Positions 37,879-48,844 of a DNA stretch of 64,000 bases are shown one piece after another. Under the pieces are notes generated by a model. That model worked only from the letters and a program-made list of their open reading frames with translations. It was not told where the DNA came from and did no database searches. The position numbers were made by a program, and so were the translations under genes. Origin of the DNA: Rhizodiscina lignyota (Eukaryota); the NCBI GenBank assembly GCA_010015805.1, contig ML978123.1, positions 2,852,001 to 2,916,000 on the forward strand, written 5' to 3'. Each line of letters begins with the position of its first letter. The stretch's first letter is position 1.

Positions 37879-38921
37879 GATGACACTGTGGTTGTTCCTG
37901 TCCGCAATGAAGCGTGAAGCGGACGGGTAGGCCGGATGCCGGACAGCGGAAGATAAGAGGCAGCTCAGTCTTCACAAGGAACGCGCCAATTGATGGGAAT
38001 TGGAGGAGATTGTTGATGGGGAGCGGGTGAGTGCTTGTGAATGCGGTCGTTGACGTCGATAAAGCCACGGCCAGACGGTGGTCCATGCGGTTGGTCGGCC
38101 ACAGCTGGCAGTGCGCACATTCCCCTCACATTCACCAAAAGCGATTCCGCTTTGCCATGCTCGCGCGCACACTCGCTGCAGGGATTTTGTCAGGGCGCGA
38201 TTCATGTGAGAAAGTCCATATCTCAAAGCACCGACTGGCTGACCCTCGCGAGCGCTGCTGCAAGTCGAGGTCGCGTGCTCACTTGCCCTATCAGGGGGGC
38301 CCTTGGCGCTCCCTCAACGACACATGTGGGCATACGAACACGGAGTCAACTCCTGTCCTCTATCTTCGAATTTCGAATACTAGCTGCATGGCCACATATT
38401 CTCCGATTTCCTGACTGTCGGTTTCGATTTCTCTAATCGCTTATTTTTTCACGACACAAATGAGGATTCCTTTGTCCTCTGATCGCTGGACGTACGGACC
38501 CGGTAACCCATCGACTTTTCCATTTCCTCAGATCATCAGGTTAAAGTAGTCCCTTGGCTACCAGTATAAAGTCCAATTTTTGCCTTAAGATCCTATACTT
38601 TTCAGGTCCTTCTATTTTTCGTTCCAATCAAACGCCAAAAAGAGAAGAGAATCACTCTGGCAAGCTGGCAACCCAATTTTCCCAAGCCATCGCCACACTC
38701 GAGGAGCTCATCTGTGAGCGGCATAAAACCTTTAGATGAGACGATATTTCTATTGTTCACCATATCATTTCCCGAAAGCAAATCTCATCAATACTGCCTT
38801 GTCGAAGAAATGTCCGCAGTCTCAACATTCCCAACTCCCCGCACTCGGTTCTTGCCTCAATGTCCTGGATCTCTAGTCATCAAGCCTCGAGCCGTCCTGG
38901 CCCCCAAGACCTCATTGCTGT

Positions 38922-39903
38922 TTATGAGTTTAAAGAAATGGCAGAGAGCACGTCGTATAGAAGCTCCGGGTTACTGATGAGTCTCGCTTTGTACTTATCG
39001 TCTTTGAAGAGCGTCTTCTTCGATACGGTAAACTCCCGAAACTCGTTTCGGATAACCGTACGAAGTTGACTATCCTGGACCGTCTCCGAATAGACGTACT
39101 CTGCAAGATCGACCAAAGAACCTGTGGGGAGAGATGGCTCAGATCGCCACCAGCACCCGAAGGCTTCTTGCAGTGTGAATGCACAAAGGTCTTTCAGGCC
39201 GTGCACAACGTACTTGTCGGCGGCAATGTAGAGCTTCGCGAGATGTAGGCCGGCCTCCGTCATCATTTTCTTAGCATCCTGCCCCGGGAAGTCCAGTCCG
39301 TAGTCCTGCATGTAATCCAGGCGGTACTTTGATGGAAGTTCCAGAGCATACATGTACTCCACCATTGATTCGACAACGCTGGCGTCCTCACCTCTGAGGT
39401 GTATCTGTGCCAGTTGTGCTTCCTAGGCCTAGTCAGCACGTCCTTCACTATTAAATGGTCCTATTCACTTTGAAGTTTCCAGTGCACACTCTTTGGAAAT
39501 ACTCGGATCTGGTGCAGAGCACAGCTCTGTGTACCTGTGTTGCTGGTTATTTGAGATATAATTGTGAAGCGAATTAGAAGGCTTACTGGAAAGGTTCTGT
39601 CGCTGCATATGATGGTGAAGTCACAGAAGAATTGAGTCCAGTACAGTCTGGCATTGTCAGATTGGCTCTTGCACAGAGGAATCGCACTCACGCTAGCCCG
39701 TTCTGTTTTGGGGGAGGCGGCATCTTTCCAACAAGGAGCCTCGACATTTGGCTATGATCCATGTCGCTGGCAGTTATCGCCTTTTTGCGCTTTCGACTTT
39801 CGAGAACCTTTAGGTGTGCCGGGTGCGCACTGTAATCGAGATCTGAATCCTCAAGCCAGTCGGTAAGTATGGAGTTAGCTGGGCTATGTGCCATAGTATC
39901 CAT
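38922..39903 (-). CDS. BTB/POZ-domain protein, 4 exons
   Basis: Spliced core LYWTQFFCDFTIICSDRTFP|VHRAVLCTRSEYFQRVCTGNFK|EAQLAQIHLRGEDASVVESMVEYMY...AKLYIAADKYVVHGLKDL, with canonical short introns. Confidence 0.85.
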
Positions 39904-41276
39904 AAAGCTGCTTGTGTCATGATAGGCAAAGATTAAAAGGGAGTGAAAAATTCACAGGCAAACAGGATTGACCGAGTGCTAACAAGTATGCGGTGAACGA
40001 ATTGACGAGTAGAGATCAGTGCCGATTCGATGATGGGGGTACGTGCTGTAAGGAAAGCTTTATCACTCTCGAATTGTGAATAAGTGAAAAGAGGGCTTCT
40101 AAACTTACCAACCTTCAGATGAGTCGTTTGAGGTAGAGTTCAGATAACCGCCCAATGAACATAGAGCGTTCGGAATTGTACTGATGATCGGCTGAGAGTT
40201 GGAATGTGATTTGAGGAAGAAAGAGAGCAACCGGACTGAATATATATCATCCCCAGGGAGCTAAAAGCTTAAACCCGAAGAGATAGAGCGCTGGCGCTGC
40301 TGAAGAGTTCAAGAGTGTGAAGTCCACAGGGTGCTATAGAAGCTACTGTACTCATCTGAATCTAAGCCGAACGCAGCTTTTAAGTTTTATGTCGACTTGG
40401 AAGTCTCTTCGGCTGGGCCTATCATGAGAAAGTTCATTGTCCATTAACCCACTGTCTAGAATTGATGTCCTTGTCGCAGTTATCATGCATAGGGCATCTA
40501 TCGAAACAAGCATAGAGAATGCTGCGGAATGCTACGTCGTGCTCTTCAGTTTGTTCAAGTGGTGGTCCGGAGTTTTGACACATGTGAAATGTCCAAGTCC
40601 GGAGCGAGCCTTCACTGCTAGTCTGCTATACAGAGAGTGTGTTTGATTACATGCGAGATCCACACGTATTATATGCCCGGACTCATCGAACCTGTGCAAG
40701 TTTTCTCTGTCTCATCTTCCACATCATGCGCTCATGCAAGCCGATCAGCCCCTCAGGAAGGACAGAGGCACGACGCATGAGGGACAAGACACTTGGCGAG
40801 TAAAAGCGCAGTATTGTCTAATATAAGATCGCTACAGACCTATCCAGCAGTCATTACGTACCAGTTGCCGAACTTCACCGAGTCAGAGATTATGCTTTCT
40901 TCCCATTGGCCTGCATGTGAGTGCGGAGACACGATACAATAGCGACAAGACACCCAGCGAGTAAAGGCAGCACAATGTCTAATCTAAGCTCAGAATACTA
41001 CAGACCGGCAGCCCTTGGGAACCCGCTTCTCATCTGTTACCAGAGCCAATCCAAAGCAATAGCGCGAAAGCCACACAGACAAATTGAAGTGCGAGAACAT
41101 TAAGGTAATTACAAATACCAAAACTCCATTCCCATGCATCAGTCAACTCCCAAACGCCTTTCCATGTCTACACCATCCGTCGCCCACGGGATTCCCTGCG
41201 GCGTCAAGAGACACTTATTCGCCCCTACCACAGTCAGTACACGAACATCCATTTAACATGGTTACATCATATATAC

Positions 41277-41909
41277 TTACTGGTACTTGTTGATCACGAC
41301 CGCGGTGACCTTCGGCGACGTGATCGTGTACGTGGGGTACGGAATCGGGTTGCCAGCGGCTTTGGCACCCTCGACCTCAGCCTGCTTCAGCCTGTACTCG
41401 CTGTTCTGCTCGAGGATCTTCTTGGTGGTGTCCATATCGGGCTGGCCGGCCTCATACGCCACCTCAACGTAGTTCGGGTCATCCTCGTCCTCTTCATCCT
41501 CGAGCTCGACCTCATGCTGCTTGATAGCTTCTTGAGGCGCGCGGGGCTCAATGACGCTCTTCGTCACACCAGTGGGCTTGACGAGTGGCTTGACGAGCGA
41601 CTTGGGGAAGGGGTTGAGGTGGGGCTTGAGGTGGGGAACGACGAGCCCCTTCTTCACACCAGCGCGGGAGGAGATAACAGGCGGGAGCGGCGTGCCAGGC
41701 ATGATCGGCTCCGGGGGGAAGCTGGAGACGCAATGATCGTACTCAATCCACCCCTTGGGATTCACCTTACGGTTGGCGGACGATGCGCCGATCTCATGGC
41801 CAGCGGGCGCAAGGGCGGCGCATTCTGGGCGGAAGCGCATATTGGTAGGGGCGGCGACGACTTGAAGGCCTGCGAGTAGGCTGGCGGTGAAGAGCACGGT
41901 GAGCTGCAT
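41277..41909 (-). CDS. Secreted 210-aa Pro/Lys-rich protein of unknown function, intronless
   Basis: Signal peptide MQLTVLFTASLLAGLQVVA|APT from ATG 41909; TATAAA at about 42038-42033; C/G-rich third codon positions. Confidence 0.8.
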   Translation of the reverse strand: MQLTVLFTASLLAGLQVVAAPTNMRFRPECAALAPAGHEIGASSANRKVNPKGWIEYDHCVSSFPPEPIMPGTPLPPVISSRAGVKKGLVVPHLKPHLNPFPKSLVKPLVKPTGVTKSVIEPRAPQEAIKQHEVELEDEEDEDDPNYVEVAYEAGQPDMDTTKKILEQNSEYRLKQAEVEGAKAAGNPIPYPTYTITSPKVTAVVINKYQ

Positions 41910-42142
41910 TGTTACGGTGGTGGTGGATGAGTGGTGATGGTTGTGGTTAGTTGTTGGTGGTGATGGCGGTCGATGTGGTGTAAATGGTGTGGGATGGAAG
42001 AAGGAGAGTTGGAAGTTGGAGGACGAAATCCCTTTATACTCTTGGGCAAAACGAAATTTGGGACCAGGAGGTTTGAGGTATGTGCGTCGCTCAGGAAAAT
42101 ATCGAGTAAGAGGGAGGAAATTCATAACCTTTGTCACCACGC

Positions 42143-43207
42143 TCATATATCAACGTATAGGAGATGAGAGAATCGGATGACAATGAAATACATTATCTGT
42201 GAGCGATTTTTAGATGCTGCGACCCCGCACAGTACCAAAAACTCGGTAGTTTCATCGAACTGTGTGCGTGGTTGCGGTATGAGGGGGAGGTTGATACCGT
42301 TGAATATGGCCGCACGGCCCTTAAAACCCCCCTCCAAAGCTCGCCAGAACAAACGAAAATACCTTGAATTCGAAATAATTTCATCAGACAGGACTTGTTT
42401 CGTTGCCGCTGGAGATGGAGCTCGTGCTCGTTGAAGCTGTTCCTTTTCTCCGAATAGGTCGGTTGCTCCGTGGTTGAATGTCTGGGTGTGTCAACCGCCT
42501 TCGTATTCTGGACTTGGACTTAGGCTTGAAGTTTCCACCGTCTCGTAAGAAAGAACGAATTCATTTGGCGCACCACAGTGTAGCTGCTTGCTGTAGTGAC
42601 TTTGGGATACAGGGGCGTTTTTGCCATAATTGATGCAAATGTGTCCTAACGGGAATGCATCGGCGACGTGAATTTTGAGTTGGTGCCGAAGTAGTTCAAG
42701 ACGGTTGGGCTCTGGATTAGAACAGAAACAGCGATGAATTTGAGCCACAGCGTCTTTCTGGTGGCAAGCTTGGTTGTGAATGAGTTCGGATCCATGGCGT
42801 GCAATCTCTACTAGACATGGTGGGTCATGTCGAGCGCACGGCGGCGATATCTCGTTATTCCATTTAGCGTCTTGTGCCTGATTGTTGCAGAATTGTCGTG
42901 ATATATTCAGCGTATGCGTCTCAAATCTGAAGTGAGTCGGATTATCGCAGCTGGCCTGGTGGCAGAGGTGACTGCGCTCGGCCTCTTCTATTTGATATTG
43001 CTGTAGCTCATCATATTGCAGCAATCCAACTCCGGCTCGGAGTATCAACCACGTGTGAGCCATCCTTGAGAATTTAGTACAGCTCTCGCCTCTTGAATAG
43101 TTATACTCGAATAGACAAAAGAAGACACATTCATGAGGCTCCTCGTGGAGCACATTCTCTACAACTAAGTAGTAGATCCCGTACGCGATTCGCCGTCTGT
43201 GCAGCTT
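42143..43207 (-). pseudogene. His-Cys-box (His-Me finger, 'zinc-binding loop of homing endonuclease') nuclease-domain gene, probably degenerate
   Basis: SHLCHQASCDNPTHFRFETHTLNISRQFC...CARHDPPCL at about 42973-42815. The frame is open from 43207 to 42143 except for one TGA at 42493-42491. In-frame ATG at 43063. Confidence 0.65.
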
Positions 43208-45459
43208 CTACATCCAGCAACTCTGCGTTAGACACTTTCACCAATGCTATCGGCTTTGTGGCTCTTCCTTACAGCTATTAGCAACATTCCTTGGTAACGC
43301 CATGCCCATCATGCGGCGGGTGGCAGGAGCTGGAGAAGCTACTAAATGTTTGACAGATGTGCAAGAGCAACTGCTATGGTTCTGTACTTGAAAAAGTACT
43401 CCAAGGTCTCGTTGCGGATGGTTGAATTGACCTGAACACAGTGGAAGGATGGAGTGGATAGACTCTTTGTTCCATTTACGGGTCCTCGGGTTCACCTAGA
43501 ACTACTTGTCAGGCCTATATCGATCGTAGATCTTATGGCGAAGTTGAAGAGGTAGGTCAAGCAGATGAGAGGACGTCGTGGCATCAGTGGGCCATTTTAC
43601 AGTAATTGGGGACATTTTAGTGCTCTAGAGAGATCAGGTCAGTAGCAGTAGATTCCGATCCGCTGTAAGAGAGGACCTCGAGTGTCAACCCAGGCTTCGC
43701 TAAAGAGATGAAGAGCTGAGCATGAAAGCTTTCGATCATCACGATCTGCAAAGAGTGACGGTGAAGGTTACATGGCAATGCTCAAAGCGGTGTATGTCCC
43801 CGTGACCATAGCAAGGAGGATCTACGGCTCTGCATGAAATGTGAAACGTACATAGGTACTTGGGTACGTTTCGAAACTCGAGAGACTCTTTTGATCCTTA
43901 CTCTCCAGGTGCGTATATCTCATTCCAACATTCCGCACACAAATGTCAGGAGATGGAATGGATCCGTAGAGGTGGCGGTTCGAAGATATCGAGGTCCAAA
44001 ATCCGCAAGTCTGGAGCAGTCTGCGTCCTCCTTTTGAATAATCCTCATAGCCCGAAGAGTCGCAGAGTTAAGGCCGCAACGGGCAATAACCTTGGAGGCC
44101 CCTGACAAGTGTCGTTTTGCGGATACTTTGCCTTTTCTGCACGCTGACGTCCAGTGTGATAACTTTGGAGCAAGGTGACTCCTTATGACCCACGAGACAG
44201 GTAAGGGAGTGAGGCGCAGGTCCAGACGACAGGCTGGGATTCCACGCACGCTTCTGGAAACAGGGATGAGTAAGGGCTGTGAGTGGCAGCTCTTACGAGA
44301 GGCTTGCGAGGCACGCGAGAGGATGGAGAGGGCTCGGTGCGTTCCGGATGACACCTTTCAGCCGCCTCTGACATAGGGAGTAGGCTATATGTAGAAGAAA
44401 GATTAGATTTCGATTCGGCAAACGCTGATTTCTCTGTGTAAAGACTCCGCGGATGCGCGAAGAGGAGTAATGCTCCCTTGACTCGCTCGACGGGCGAATT
44501 AGTAGTAGCCGTGCGGGCCGCAACGCGATGAGGGGATTATCATTTATGTGATCAGTGATGAATCACCACCAGCGCGCTTCTTACAATTGCGAAGAGACGC
44601 GATAACGTGGCGCTTGCTCGTCTGCCGTCAATCACGACGTGGTAGACAGACGCGTCGATAAGACGCACTGTGGTGAAAGGCCAGCTGCGTCTCATCCCTT
44701 TCGCATTCATCCCACCAGCTGCAAGCCTCCGAGCGCGTACACACCACCAGTACCTATCTCAGCACAGCAAGCATCTAAGCATCTGCACAACAAACGGACC
44801 GAGTTGCGCCCAGATAGCGTACGCGCAGATAGGTGTGCCTGAGAAATGCGACCGCTCACTCATCCCGCCCCAACGCCCTTCGACGCCTGATACACTCGTA
44901 CGCAGACACGACATCCAGCATTCCTCCTCCTTTTTCTCCTTGTTCACTGCAGAGAACGCTTCTTGCTTCTTGTTTTTGCTTTCCTCCCTTTTCCCGGGCC
45001 CGCGCCAGTGAGACAAGAGCTACGTCAAGCTACCCGCAGCTTCCTGGTCACCAGCTCACCACTTTACCCACAACCCGTACAGTGATCGACCAGGGGGCCC
45101 CAGGACCTATCTTAATCACATACCTCTACACCCGCTGTCTGCTCCATCACTACTCCTCTGCAATAACCACTTCCTCCCGACCCTTTTTCGACCTCGACAC
45201 TCATCCGACAGCGCGACTCCTCCTCCGCCACCTCGAGCTCCGTTCCGCCTCAGGGTTACGACATCGATTCGACAGGGACCCCCGAACGGGCGCATCTCCG
45301 AGCGTCACGCATCTAATCGATAATCGGGCCTTCACGGAGGCACGCGCGCGCAGTCATACTTTCCTACAACCTTTACTAAACAGTTCCAAGAGCTTGCTGC
45401 TTTATATTACGGCATACTGCCCGCTTCGAGCTGCAGCGAGCTTCCATTAGCACGTCACA

Positions 45460-47379
45460 ATGGCTTTCCAGCAAACACAGCACCGGCCGCAATCTTCGCG
45501 ACAGATTCCGATACCGCAGCCCGAAACCCAGCTTGATACCACAGTCGCACCTCAGTTGCAACGGAAGAGGACCTTGGATGAGACTGAGGAGTGGATTCTA
45601 TTCTCGCCACAAGCACCCTCCACCACCGATAAAACCCATACTACCTCTACAGACCGAACTCCCCGCACAGCTGGACTGTCGCGGTTAAGTGACTTTGGCT
45701 CCTTAGACACAGCTGCTCGCTCCGATCAAATTGGGGAGAGGCAAGAGGAGGATGATAATATAACTTGCCAGGGAACAGAAATCGAGGATGACGCAGAGCT
45801 CGACAGCCTCGATGATGGTTTGCATGCCTTCCACGAACCCTCCGAGTACGGCGGTCGACAACGGCTTGACGACAGTGGTGGCACTGTACTACCAACGCAT
45901 GATGGACTGGGAACTTTCCAAGCCAGCAGTACGTTGGTCCAGAACCAGCTCTGGCAGTTCGAGAGGTACAACCCCCGCCGAACAAAGCATCGACGAAGAT
46001 CAAGTGTGCAGAGGCAATTGGACAGGCTCGATGAAGGACCAGACTTTGGAGTTGATACCGAGAAGATGAGGCGGATTGAGAAATGGAGGGTCGAGCAGAG
46101 CATCGCGCTACTGGAAGAGATTGAGAGGGAGACTAGGCGCATGCGACGTATGAGCAGAGCAACGATTGCACGGAGTCGTGCTGATAGCATTGCCTCGGAG
46201 ACGAAGACGCAAGAAAGCTCGATGCCCGGCTCGTATCCGGAAGTTGTTCAGGAGGCTCCACAACCGGTCCAAGAGGAAGCCGCCGAGCAAGAGTCGTTCT
46301 GGACACGCTTCACACAAAGGGTCATCCGTGACTTAATGGGCATTGACGAGACAATCCTCTCCGTCATCTTCGGCGAGGAATTACCACCGGAAGCCAAGAT
46401 TGAGCCCGCCGAAGATGTCTCGACAAAGGCAGAACCTATCATGGATTTGGAGAAGAACAACGCTGGAGAAGTACCTTACGAGCCGTGGCAGCACCGCGTC
46501 ATCGAGCGCATTGCCCGAGAACTTGGAATTCTTGTCCATCAGCTGTCAGAGCACCCTGGGGCCTTCAGCACGTACATGCGTACCCAAGAGGCGCCAGCCT
46601 ACGCTGGCCTTCCCAACATTTCGACCGTGATCATCCCTGAACATGCCACCGAAGATATCATTTCTCCTAATCCAACAACTCCAGGAGGCTTCACATCGCT
46701 CTCATCCCCTGCAACACCAGGCACCGCTGGCCCAAATGTTTATTTTGCTCCCACTGTTCCACACCATCGCACCAACAGCTACAGCGAGGCTTCCCTCTGG
46801 GGCATCGAAGAAGAACCCGACGACGAGGAAGACGAGCCAATTCCCGGCGTGACCGATGAAGCTGCCCGCCTCCGCCAAGAGAAAGAGTACTGGGAGCGGG
46901 AGCTGGATGTCAAAATGGTTTTCAATTTCCTCAAGCAGCGCTTCTCATCGCGACCCACTTCACCAGAGCCAGTCGGTCGACCACGTCCATCAATCCACTC
47001 GGGAAATGGTAAAGCGCCAGCTGCGGCGGCTGGAGCTTCTACACCGATTACGTCTGCTCGCCGCGCCGCAATGATTCGCCAGCACCACCCTTTAGTGGGA
47101 AGTAGCTCTGGCGATGCGTCGAAGCAGCAGAGCAAGCGCAGAGAGCTGCTGCACCGTCAGCACCAATATGGCATTCCGCAGCACATGCGCAGTGGAAGTG
47201 GCCGGTTCAGCGGCAGCGGCAGGAGCAGGAGCGCGAGTGTTGCGAGCCAGACGAGCACCAAGAAGAGCAAGAGGAGCTTGAGCGGCAGCAGTCAGAGGAG
47301 CAGGAATTTCTGGGACGCTGGCGCTGGTGGGAGCCAGGTTGGCAGTGCTAGTGGTGTGGGTGTTTGGGGCGAGGCATAA
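45460..47379 (+). CDS. Hypothetical 639-aa protein, largely low-complexity, intronless
   Basis: Long ORF with ACAATGG start context and conserved-looking blocks (EEWILFSP, LDSLDDGLHAF, LPTHDGLGTF, FWTRFTQRVIRDLMGIDE, HPGAFSTY, EYWERELDVKMVF). Confidence 0.85.
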   Translation: MAFQQTQHRPQSSRQIPIPQPETQLDTTVAPQLQRKRTLDETEEWILFSPQAPSTTDKTHTTSTDRTPRTAGLSRLSDFGSLDTAARSDQIGERQEEDDNITCQGTEIEDDAELDSLDDGLHAFHEPSEYGGRQRLDDSGGTVLPTHDGLGTFQASSTLVQNQLWQFERYNPRRTKHRRRSSVQRQLDRLDEGPDFGVDTEKMRRIEKWRVEQSIALLEEIERETRRMRRMSRATIARSRADSIASETKTQESSMPGSYPEVVQEAPQPVQEEAAEQESFWTRFTQRVIRDLMGIDETILSVIFGEELPPEAKIEPAEDVSTKAEPIMDLEKNNAGEVPYEPWQHRVIERIARELGILVHQLSEHPGAFSTYMRTQEAPAYAGLPNISTVIIPEHATEDIISPNPTTPGGFTSLSSPATPGTAGPNVYFAPTVPHHRTNSYSEASLWGIEEEPDDEEDEPIPGVTDEAARLRQEKEYWERELDVKMVFNFLKQRFSSRPTSPEPVGRPRPSIHSGNGKAPAAAAGASTPITSARRAAMIRQHHPLVGSSSGDASKQQSKRRELLHRQHQYGIPQHMRSGSGRFSGSGRSRSASVASQTSTKKSKRSLSGSSQRSRNFWDAGAGGSQVGSASGVGVWGEA

Positions 47380-47992
47380 GATACCGAGGATACCCAAGAT
47401 ACCCCTAAGAGCAAGACTTACGGCTGGCTGAGATGACATTTGTTTTACTAGATGATATTCTGACTTTGTTTTTGGATTTATAGCGTCTTCTGTTCTCATT
47501 GTCATTTCTATATTTGGTTTGGGGCTCCTTTCTACTTCTTCTCTACTCTCACTTTTTCTGGCAACGATATCCCCCCCAAGATCTTTTTTCGTTCGGTGTT
47601 TTTGAGTATACCCCCCACAATTGCAAATCATGACTATGTATCATCTATGGAGCGTTACGAGATACAGGCGCAAGCTCTGGCATTTGTTTCAGGACACAAC
47701 ATGACATGCATACGGTATGACGCCTTGGATTAACCGGCGCTGAGCGACTTGTTCTTTGTTCTCATATGTAGCATTTCTTTCGGCGTTTCGGAGACACTGG
47801 TCTGGGTCCACTGCCCATAGCGGCTCCTCTCACTGAGCGATATCAGTTTATATGTTAGTACGAATCCATCATCTCTCGTTCTCTTGATAGAGACCAAGAA
47901 ATCATCTCGGGTATCTTCGAGCCATTCGCACATCAGTTCGTGTCGGCGTGAAATCATCAGCCCATTACCCCCGCCATTCATGCAGTGAGACC

Positions 47993-48844
47993 TCACCCAT
48001 ACGCAGCCTCATCATACTCCGCAGCCATCATCCTCTCCTTCCCCTCTACACCCCTTCCCTCAACTACATCGTCCTCCTCGTCGCTTGAGAACCGCTGTCC
48101 CTCCCCCTCCAAAACGTCACCCGGAACCCTCGTACCTGCCCCCTCCCGCAAGTACAGCAGCAGCCGAAACGCCGTGCTGCCGTTCAAATAGTATCGATGG
48201 AGCCGCTTACTCCTCAGGAAGCCCAATCGCTCGTACAGTTTCAGGCTTGCACTATTGCTCGTTTCGGTCTCGAGGACGACCTCGTCGGCGCCGCGCGCCT
48301 GCATGGCGGATATGACCAGGGAGACGAGATGCGAGCCGATACCGCGGCGGCGGTGCGTGGAGGAGGTGGCGAGCATCGCAATGTAGCCGCGGTAGGTGCC
48401 GGAGCGGTGGTGCTCGAGTTTGGAGACTATGACTGCGCGGATGGGATGAGGTGGTTTCTCATCAAGAGCCTTATTCAAATCACCATATCAGCGTTTGACC
48501 AATGCTAGCATCGAATGCTTGATTCTAAGAATCCTTGGCGGAAAGACAGCTGGTGGTGGTGGTGGTGGCAGAAAGTGACATACCATAAAGCACAGCTGCG
48601 GCCACTGATTCAAGAAGTAGCGGTACACATATATACTATACGGCTCCGACAGGTCCTTCGATATCATCGCACGGATGGGGTCGAGATACGTTTCCTCCTT
48701 GGCCACTTCATACTGTGCGTAGATGAGGCCCGTGTGCGGGTCCTTGGGAGCGTCGTGCGCGGAGGTTGAAGATTTGGGCTCTGCGGCCGATTCCGGAGGT
48801 AGTTGCGGTGGTGATGAGGCTTGTGGGCGGGATTCGTGGCTCAT
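47993..48844 (-). CDS. MAK3: N-terminal acetyltransferase C catalytic subunit (Naa30), 2 exons
   Basis: ISKDLSEPYSIYVYRYFLNQWPQLCFM|ALD...RGYIAMLATSSTHRRRGIG...EVVLETETSNSASLKLYERLGFLRSKRLHRYYLNG. Confidence 0.95.

Noticed and set aside
44833..45450. 205-aa GTG-start ORF upstream of the 45460 gene
   Set aside because: C-rich leader-like composition, no motifs, and it terminates before the real ATG.
47380..47409. Short GATACC-based 9-bp tandem after a stop codon; also (GGT)n at about 48552 and a T-rich tract at about 6034-6062
   Set aside because: Ordinary micro-repeats in UTR or intron sequence.
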